A stretch of DNA of 59,560 nt, counting the filler, from Sphacelaria rigidula (taxonomy: Eukaryota): NCBI GenBank assembly GCA_964200075.2. It is 9 parts of 9 records of this genome, joined end to end, with 100 filler letters (N's around TTAATTAATTAA, not from the genome) between each part and the next. Parts side by side here need not be neighbours in the genome. Positions count along the whole stretch, not along the records: positions 46,405 to 52,932 come from CAXNAA020019531.1; positions 53,033 to 59,560 come from CAXNAA020019532.1; 7 more parts are not named here. The stretch is one strand, 5' to 3'. The translations under genes were made by a program, and so were the position numbers. Within the stretch, counting starts at the first letter, position 1. The number at the start of each line of letters is the position of its first letter. This document shows positions 52,501 through 59,560 of the stretch, one piece after another. Below the pieces are notes generated by a model. It was not told the origin of the DNA, did not search any database, and worked only from the letters and a program-made list of their open reading frames with translations.

Positions 52501-53032
52501 AAAAACGGATTTTTGATACCGAACAATGTCGTCCTTCGGTCATTCCGGCACAAAAACTGTTCTTATATATCTAAATCCACTTAAAACACAGGGTATTTCA
52601 AATTGCGGGTGTTTTTTCTTTCGAGGGATGAACGAGGTCGCACATCACGGCCCGAGAGTGCATTTGTATTCCTTTTTCGAAAATATTTCGATGTTTATGA
52701 AGCTTCTCAAGGTCCATCCCCAATGAAGAAATCATCCCCAATTTATAAAATCCCGCATTTTTTTGGGACCCCATGAATAATACTATTGGGCTGTTTTTTT
52801 TCATTTCTGGCGCCCTGTTTTTTTTCCCGAGTGATACTACGATAGGGGGGGGGGGGGGGGGTACTTATTATCATGCATACCATTTTCCTTAGCCCCATTA
52901 TCCTAATTCCCCAAAAACCCGGGGACGAGCCCNNNNNNNNNNNNNNNNNNNNNNNNNNNNNNNNNNNNNNNNNNNNTTAATTAATTAANNNNNNNNNNNN
53001 NNNNNNNNNNNNNNNNNNNNNNNNNNNNNNNN

Positions 53033-54020
53033 CTGTGGTAAGTTCCGGTGGTAAGTCGTATCTCCAGTATGTCTTTTTTTCTGGGCAGTAGCCGCCTACG
53101 GCTTCGAAGCTTGCGTCCGAGAGGTAGTGTCGGTGGGGAGGTCGCTTTACTATGGAGTAGCAGGGTGCACTCAGAGATTCACCATGCTGCGGTAGGTTTT
53201 TCTCGATCGCCCACTTCCAAAAGTTCAGGTCGGCGTGAAATTCTTTTCCTACCTTTACTACGCGACTCTGGTTGTCTCTCGCTCTAGAATCGTGGAGCCC
53301 CGCAAGTCGCAGAGTCCTCCATACGAAATATTTACCTGGTCGCATTGCGTATGTGAAGTTCCACAGCTTTCCTGCCAGGCTCAAAATTTCTCGGGCAGTC
53401 GCTGAACGTCGAGTGGGGGGCCACTCGGTTAGCAACGTCTGTCGGAGCGCCTCGACCTTCTCGCGGGATACGGAAACCCGCATAGTGTGCGAGTTAATGG
53501 TCAGGCCCAACGCCTCTATCTCGGCATCCCAATCTGTACTCTTTTTGGGGGCTAGAATAGGTGTCTCGCCTTCTTCTCCGTTGCCGAAGAGTCTGACGTG
53601 GTCGGATGCGAGGGACGCGGACGCGATCAATGCGCTCGTGTCGTCGTCGGAGTGCTGTACGCGAATCTGCAGGTAGTCGTCTACGTACACTGCCGTGAAG
53701 AAATTTTCATGTAAGCCTCCTGCTGGGTGTGGGGTGGTCGTAGAATCTTTTGGAATTGGTGTGGGGTCCCCCGTTTCCCACCTATCGACTATCTTTACGT
53801 GATTTGTCATCTCCTTGCCTTCTGGCAGTAGAACTGCGTTGTCGATGTCTGTGTTACAGTGGCCGTGTTCTGCCGCCGATGCGTATACTCCCCAGAAACC
53901 TGGCGAGCCTGACCAACCGAAAGTGAGCCGGAAGTCACACACGATTAGGTTGTCCACAACGTAGCCGAATTGATGGGCGTGGTCTGAATCTATCCTCACA
54001 TTACGGAACGCAGTCGAGGT
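53033..54020 (-). CDS. Reverse transcriptase (N-terminally deleted) and start of RNase H
   Basis: TAFRNVRI...DFRLTFGWSGSPGFW; YVDD; LGLTINS; LAGKL; DLNFW; LSDASFEAVGG; open to the contig end. Confidence 0.88.
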
Positions 54021-55416
54021 TCTCTTGTGTGGAGGATGCAGTAACTGTCGCGCCGACGGGGACACCTGTGACTACGATAGTAACGAGTTCGTCTGCCTGC
54101 GGGAAACCCTTGTTCTCCCCGAAATACTTCCTGATCTCGTGCGGGTCTACCGGCAGCGTGACTAGCGTTCCCCCGATAGACCTCGCGACATCCCTATTGT
54201 GTTCACCATATTTTTCTGTGATTCGCGTGCAGATATTTGCGAGTCTGTACAGAATGTCTTCTTCTTTCTTGGCTGTGATACCTGATTTTTTCAACTCTCC
54301 TTTTTCTGAGTACCACAGTGCTACTAGTTCAGCGTCAGACTGTCCCGCCTCATCTTCACCGTTAGGAGGCGGCACCGCCGCCGACCCGCTAGACTGAAAA
54401 CCAACACATGTTATACCTGTTTTCTGTCTGACACCGGACGCGGAACTACTGGCTCCTTGATCCGTTGAGGGATTAGCAGCGGGGTAACTGGCCCCTGGTT
54501 CGCGGGAAGGGTAACCAGCCGTGTGTTCACTGAGGTGGCAACTGATCCTACGATCACTGGTGGAATACCTGTCGTCGTGTTCACTGGAGGGGTAACTGGC
54601 CCCGTAGTCAGAAATGGGGTAGCTGGCCCCATGTTCACTACTGGGGTAACTGGCCCCACGGTCACTACTGGGGTAACTGGCCCCACGGTCAGTGAAGGGG
54701 TAACTGGCCCCATGATCACTTAAGGGGTAACTGGCCCCATGGTCACTACTGGGGTAACTGGCCCCACGGTCGCTGCTGGGGTAACTGGCCCCATGATCAC
54801 TTACGGGGTAACTGGCCCCATGATTATTCAAGGGGTAACTGGCCCAATGATCGCTCAAGGGGTAACTGGCCCCACGGTCACTGAAGGGGTAACTGGCCCC
54901 ATGTTCACTGAAAGGGTAACTGGCCCCACGGTCACTGAAGGGGTAACTGGTCCCACGGTCACTGAAAGGGTAACTGACCCCATGTTCATGAGTGGCGTAA
55001 CTGGTCCCTGCTGCATGCAAAACTGGCGTGTCTTGTTCTAATGTACCAGGGGTTACTGTTGTCGGCGGCGCTACGCCAACCGTCTGTGAGAGCGGCACTG
55101 AAAGCGTTTTCACTATCTGGTGGGTTACGCGATCGTGTCCTGAGTGAACTGACATGACAAACTGCCGAGGGCACACTGATTTCCCGTTTCCTTCGTAACC
55201 CTGGTTCCCCATGTGTTCACAAATCCAGTCGCAAGGCACCGCTACCTCCGTCTGCTCTCTACAGCTCTCATAATGAAACACGGTCGCTGGGACCGACCCA
55301 GGTGAAGGTGCCCCGATAAGCCCCACGGACCTAGAGGAGTCCGCAAACATCCTGTTTACGTCGCTACCCGCTTCTCCTGTCAATGTCGGCCCTGCCGGTG
55401 GGCAGAGCCCGCGCCC
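54001..55416 (-). CDS. N-terminal part of pol (ORF2) with a 9-aa tandem repeat
   Basis: Open from the codon after the ORF1 stop to 54001; ends in a pre-RT segment (GFPQADELVTIVVTGVPV). Confidence 0.75.
   Translation of the reverse strand, partial: GRGLCPPAGPTLTGEAGSDVNRMFADSSRSVGLIGAPSPGSVPATVFHYESCREQTEVAVPCDWICEHMGNQGYEGNGKSVCPRQFVMSVHSGHDRVTHQIVKTLSVPLSQTVGVAPPTTVTPGTLEQDTPVLHAAGTSYATHEHGVSYPFSDRGTSYPFSDRGASYPFSEHGASYPFSDRGASYPLSDHWASYPLNNHGASYPVSDHGASYPSSDRGASYPSSDHGASYPLSDHGASYPFTDRGASYPSSDRGASYPSSEHGASYPISDYGASYPSSEHDDRYSTSDRRISCHLSEHTAGYPSREPGASYPAANPSTDQGASSSASGVRQKTGITCVGFQSSGSAAVPPPNGEDEAGQSDAELVALWYSEKGELKKSGITAKKEEDILYRLANICTRITEKYGEHNRDVARSIGGTLVTLPVDPHEIRKYFGENKGFPQADELVTIVVTGVPVGATVTASSTQENLDCVP
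54475..55007. repeat. 27-nt tandem array, about 20 units, coding SYPxSD(H/R)GA
   Basis: GGGGTAACTGGCCCCA(C/T)G(G/A/T)TCACT... repeated with 27-nt period. Confidence 0.95.
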
Positions 55417-56922
55417 TCATCCGCTCCCGTTTCCTCTCCCGCCAGCGGCGCTACCCCCCCTTCCCCCGCCGCGCCCTCCGTAGCTGTGTGAATATCGTGC
55501 TACGGGTGCCGGGGCGGGCGTCGATTGCTGGTGCTGGTGAACAGGCAGTTGTTGCGCTTGAGTTGGTGCCTGCCGTGCTGGGGTTGCCGGAGGCTGCGGG
55601 GGCGGGATCGGTGGTGTTGTCTGGGCCGGCGCCGGCGCTGTCGGCGTCGGCGTAGCCTGCGCCTGCCCGGATGCCAGCGGGGACACGATATCATGAGAAA
55701 ACTTGCAGTTGTTGCGCGTGCACGGTATGTTTTGCCAGTGGTACACGCAAACGTCCTTTGGAGTCTGCCAATGGACTTTCCGCTGAACGAAGGTCGACGG
55801 GGGTCCCGCCGGCGTGGTGACGCTCGAAGATGGGGGAGCTGGGGGGCCTGCCTGCGATGTCGCTTTCCGTTTTTTGTTTGTCTTTGCCTCGCCGGCCGGC
55901 CAGAAAGCGGACTTCTCTACGAGGCAGTTGGGCCCGTCTTCGGTGACGAGGGCATTACGTTTTGTAAAAGCCGGCGCCGCTACCGGCTCCCCCGTCGTCG
56001 ACGGTGGAACTACGGCCGGGTAAGTCCTCCGGAGCTGTTGTGCCTGAAGTGCCACCCGGTAGACGAACTCCTCTATGCCGGTGTCCATGGCTGTTAGAAG
56101 CTTGTCGCGGACCGTCGTTCTAGGTGGGTACAGTGATGTGTAGCGGTGATCTGTATACTCCCTTTCTTGGTTAGCTACTGATTCGAACTCCGACTGAAGA
56201 GCGCGCGTGCGTGTCTTGCATAATTCGGGAGCGTGCTCCATGGGGGTGAGCAAAACTGTGAACAGGAACGCGACAAACGTTTGAAAATGCACATCAGCCG
56301 GCATATCCATGGGAGTCGAGCCTGGTGGCACCGGTTTTTTTAAGTCCATTGTCTTGAAATTGGCCGGGGTTTGAAGCTGGTTAGCGGATGCGTGCGTAAC
56401 GTGAGCCACCTTCTTGAGCGTGAGCTGTTGTAGGTGGAAAGTGAGATTTTCACCCACGTCAAAGCCCCCCCTCAGGAGAAAAAACATGGACCCTGTGGTG
56501 GCCCGCCACGAGTCGACGGCACGTTTGGCATTTGCTTTTATACCCGCCTGTTCAGCTGCGGTCCGTTGTGCCGCCGCTTGCGCGCCAGCTGCTGAAACCT
56601 GCGGTTGTGGTGGTTGTTGCCACCCGTTCCCGATCTGCAGCGGAGGTTGCTGTGGGGGTGCGTGTGGCAGTTGTAGCGGCTGCGACTGCTGGTTATTCCC
56701 GACCGTCTGCAGGCGATTGGTCAACTGGGCCAATGCCGCCAGCATGTGCTGCTGGAACACCTGCTGCGACATGACGGGTGCTTGCACTTCGCTCTGAGGT
56801 TGGTCGACTGCCGCTGCTGCTGCCGCGTGTGAGTTGTTATGCCCTGCCACCCCCTCGCCGCCTTGGTGTGCTTGGCTGCCGCCGCTGGCTATGGGAAGTC
56901 CACCGGCCCCCACCCCAGCCAT
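55417..56922 (-). CDS. Gag-like ORF1, 501 aa, with Q/P-rich ends, CCCH zinc finger and RGG tail
   Basis: Intact ATG-to-TGA ORF; CVYHWQNIPCTRNNCKFSH; C-terminal GGRGGGRGG; lies directly upstream of pol. Confidence 0.82.
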   Translation of the reverse strand: MAGVGAGGLPIASGGSQAHQGGEGVAGHNNSHAAAAAAVDQPQSEVQAPVMSQQVFQQHMLAALAQLTNRLQTVGNNQQSQPLQLPHAPPQQPPLQIGNGWQQPPQPQVSAAGAQAAAQRTAAEQAGIKANAKRAVDSWRATTGSMFFLLRGGFDVGENLTFHLQQLTLKKVAHVTHASANQLQTPANFKTMDLKKPVPPGSTPMDMPADVHFQTFVAFLFTVLLTPMEHAPELCKTRTRALQSEFESVANQEREYTDHRYTSLYPPRTTVRDKLLTAMDTGIEEFVYRVALQAQQLRRTYPAVVPPSTTGEPVAAPAFTKRNALVTEDGPNCLVEKSAFWPAGEAKTNKKRKATSQAGPPAPPSSSVTTPAGPPSTFVQRKVHWQTPKDVCVYHWQNIPCTRNNCKFSHDIVSPLASGQAQATPTPTAPAPAQTTPPIPPPQPPATPARQAPTQAQQLPVHQHQQSTPAPAPVARYSHSYGGRGGGRGGSAAGGRGNGSG

Positions 56923-58132
56923 GCCGTCTCCGTGTGGTGCCAGATTTTCATCAACCGGCCTGCTTGAGCCGCGCCCCCGCCAATGCCGGACATGCTGTAA
57001 AAGTCGATCGATCCTCTGCGAAGCGCGCTAGTTCGTGCCTACTTCTCCCTACTTGTGCTGCTTATACTTGTCGGCCGCTGCTAGATGAATGCTACTTGCT
57101 GCTGGTGATGGTATCTGTACTCGTGTGTGCGGCAACCTAGCTGCGATGGCCAACTTTTCTACTGGCAGCGGCGCTGCAGCTGAGAAACAAGGACAGCCAC
57201 CGTACCGTTTTTCTGTACGTACGTCCCACATTGTCAGAATTCGTAAGCGCCTACGCGAACACCGCTTTCATACTGAACGCTACCTTTCTACCCAAAATAT
57301 CCCAACGGCCGATACCCGGCGGTCACTCCCCCAGTAGCACCCGTCTACCATTAAGAGCAGCATCGCATGTTAGCTCCGCGTGCGATACTGGCACATCAAA
57401 CCACACCACTCACGGCCAAGATCGAAGACAAGGGAAACATGAAACGATTGCGAAGAGTGCGCCGGCGCAGCTCAGAGGAGAGGCTTCATGCCAAGGACGG
57501 GCTCCCCGAGGAAGGACAACTCTAACTGCGACCATGGTGAGCTATATTTTCGCGCAATTTTTACTCTGAGTTCGCGCCTCGCGTGTTCGAGGTTGCGCTG
57601 CAAAGGAAGGGTACTGCACCGCCGCGGTAGTACACGTAGACAGCAGCAGTAACGCATTATTGCGCATTCCATGGTGCCACCTATGCTACATTACAGAAGT
57701 CACAGCTGAGCGTAGATAACTGGTGGCATTTGGACTCGAGCAGTTGAGGTGAGCCGATCTCAAAGCTGACCTTGCTCCCTTTGTCAAGCACATGATAATG
57801 TGTCAAGTTGCACGAACCGGGCGGAGGCAAGCATATATCCGGGAACTGCAGCACAGCCTGCTGCTAAAACGTCTCACTGCTGCTCGATTCCCCCCGTTGC
57901 AAATTTTTTTGTTTATCCTACACAGTCAGTTTGCCAACCTGCAAGCTACTTTTCTCTGTGTTGGTGCAGTGCTTTCGTTGGTAACTCATTGATCATACCC
58001 GAGGTCGGGAACACACTGCTGTACGACACCATGAAATATGCAGTAGAATGTACAGATATTTGAGCCAACGTTTCACATGGGCGTTGTAGATGTGAGCTTC
58101 CGATCCTTGAGTGGACCGTAGACCACTATTGT

Positions 58133-58436
58133 GTATGGAAACCAATCCGTATTAGTACAAATGTGAGCATTTCAGCCGGTTTACAGGCGATTTTCTCCCG
58201 TGGATTGATTTTTCGGACCCCAGTCCGCTGGCCCATGTTGTTCGGCTACCTGTGAGAAAACCAAGTCAATTCTCCGATGATGTGGACGCCACCTTTTGAT
58301 TTGTCACCTTTCTGCTCAGACCGGGTGACTCCCGCATCTTTGCCCCCGATCGGCCCAAATCAATCCACGGGAGAAAACCGCCTGTAAACGGGTGGAAATG
58401 CTCAAATTTGTACAGATACGGATTGGCTGCCATACA
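58133..58436. repeat. Inverted-repeat (MITE/foldback) element with arms of about 80 bp
   Basis: GTTTACAGGCGATTTTCTCCCGTGGATTGATTT pairs with AAATCAATCCACGGGAGAAAACCGCCTGTAAAC, extending to TGTATGG..CCAATCCGTAT / ATACGGATTGG..CCATACA. Confidence 0.85.
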
Positions 58437-59560
58437 AATTGTTTTAGCCGCCGTATAGACTGAAAAACGTCTCTGAGAAAAGCCGTTTCCGACGACTTGT
58501 CTCGGAGACGTTATCCAGATATATTAGTTTTCAAAAACCACCTTTGACCCACTGGTATGACAGTCACCAATCTCGTTTTTTTCGAGCATCAGGGGGGAAA
58601 AAAACGGGGAACGCTTTCTATGGACACCGATTTGGACCAAATCGGGGGCGAAAAAATCGGCAACTCACTGTACTCGAGGGGTGATGTACGGCAATGCACA
58701 ACGGAACTCTGCTGGAGCACTGTTTTCAGTCGGTTTGGAAAAATCTCCCTGTGGGGGAATTTTGGCCAGTTTCCAGAGACGTTTTTCTTGAAAAATGGCC
58801 CTATAAGGTCGCGCCCTGAAAGAAGTATCTGGAAACTGACCAAAACGACTATTCTCGCAATATTTTTTCAGCCTGTAAGAAGCGATTAACCCTAACGGAC
58901 GACCTGAGGAACATATACCGGCTATGCTTTGGCGGCAGCAAGGGTACCAGCGGGTCAGACTAATGAGTAGGTAACACCAACCCTGCGGTACTCACTCCGC
59001 CGCTTTCGTACCGTACATGTGGAGTGGTTGCGTACGCGTAGATGAGGGTGTGCGACCGTGCATGAAACTAAGATTGCAGTGCGATTGCATGCCCATATGT
59101 CTGAAGCGCTCCATTTAAACCCCATGGTCGGCGTTTCCACAGTCATCCCAACAAGACCGCCCTCATCAAGTGCCTCGAAGAGCTGTGGAAGTCGGCAGAC
59201 TTAGAGACCATCGGAAATGCGCGAAGCTGTTCATTGGGAGACCATCACTGTCGACGGCGGGAGTCACGGGCCTGTTCACTTCGGACGGCGTCATGTACGC
59301 GCACGTCTTTCAGATATTGGCGGAGAGCCCAGCAGACGCAGTGGATATTTCGTGGCACCTCCTGGTGAGCTGTGTTGCTGTGTCCAGGAAGACCATCGCT
59401 GTTACTCCGCCGCGAATATCCGATACTAGCGCCTTCTGCGAAGAACGAGTCAGGGATGAATACCATATCCACCCTCTCATGAGTGTTTGTACGAACCCCC
59501 CATTTCGCGAGTGTTCCCCCCCCACACACACACACGCCCTTGCCTGGTCCGGCGAGAACC

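Larger units (their letters stand above)
46926..52765. mobile_element. Foldback/MITE-like element (arms about 46926-47090 and 52595-52765) interrupted by the LTR element
   Basis: CATCGAAATATTTTCGAAAAAGAAAAAGCAGATGCACTCTC pairs with GAGAGTGCATTTGTATTCCTTTTTCGAAAATATTTCGATG, and the similarity extends outward. Confidence 0.75.
53033..56922 (-). mobile_element. DIRS/Ngaro-like (tyrosine-recombinase class) retrotransposon; 3' part lost at the contig end
   Basis: Gag-like ORF with a CCCH finger followed by RT-RNase H with DIRS-type motifs. The recombinase and terminal repeats are not in view, so the class is inferred from RT/RH. Confidence 0.82.

Noticed and set aside
6531..53032. Periodic TTAATTAATTAA motif as a biological repeat or piggyBac site
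   Set aside because: It is always centred in 100-nt N blocks, so it is an assembly linker.
54475..55007. CRISPR-like array
   Set aside because: Units are contiguous 27-mers without unique spacers, lie in a coding frame, and no cas genes are present.

Overview
Eukaryotic, intron-rich and repeat-rich DNA, most likely from a brown alga or related stramenopile (inferred from gene structure and repeat style, not proven). The window is not one locus. It is nine pieces of 6530, 6530, 6529, 6529, 6529, 6529, 6528, 6528 and 6528 bp joined by 100-nt N spacers containing a TTAATTAATTAA linker, which indicates size-sorted unplaced contigs, so nothing should be inferred across gaps. Mobile content: a decayed APE-RT LINE, many 5'-truncated retroposon 3' ends that end in and sit next to poly(C) tracts, a decayed DDE transposase, a non-autonomous Ty3/Gypsy LTR element nested in a foldback element, a 99-bp piggyBac-type MITE, several long inverted repeats, tRNA-derived relics, and a DIRS/Ngaro-type retrotransposon. 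Host gene fragments: a DCD-domain exon, a fimbrin-like calponin-homology gene, a C2 + IQ-motif gene with two GC-AG introns, and unassigned exons. The two best leads are (1) an in-frame TGA followed by a 7-nt spacer and a 9-bp hairpin between gag and pol of the DIRS/Ngaro-like element, a candidate programmed readthrough signal, and (2) a non-LTR retroposon family that appears to be poly(C)-tailed and poly(C)-targeting.
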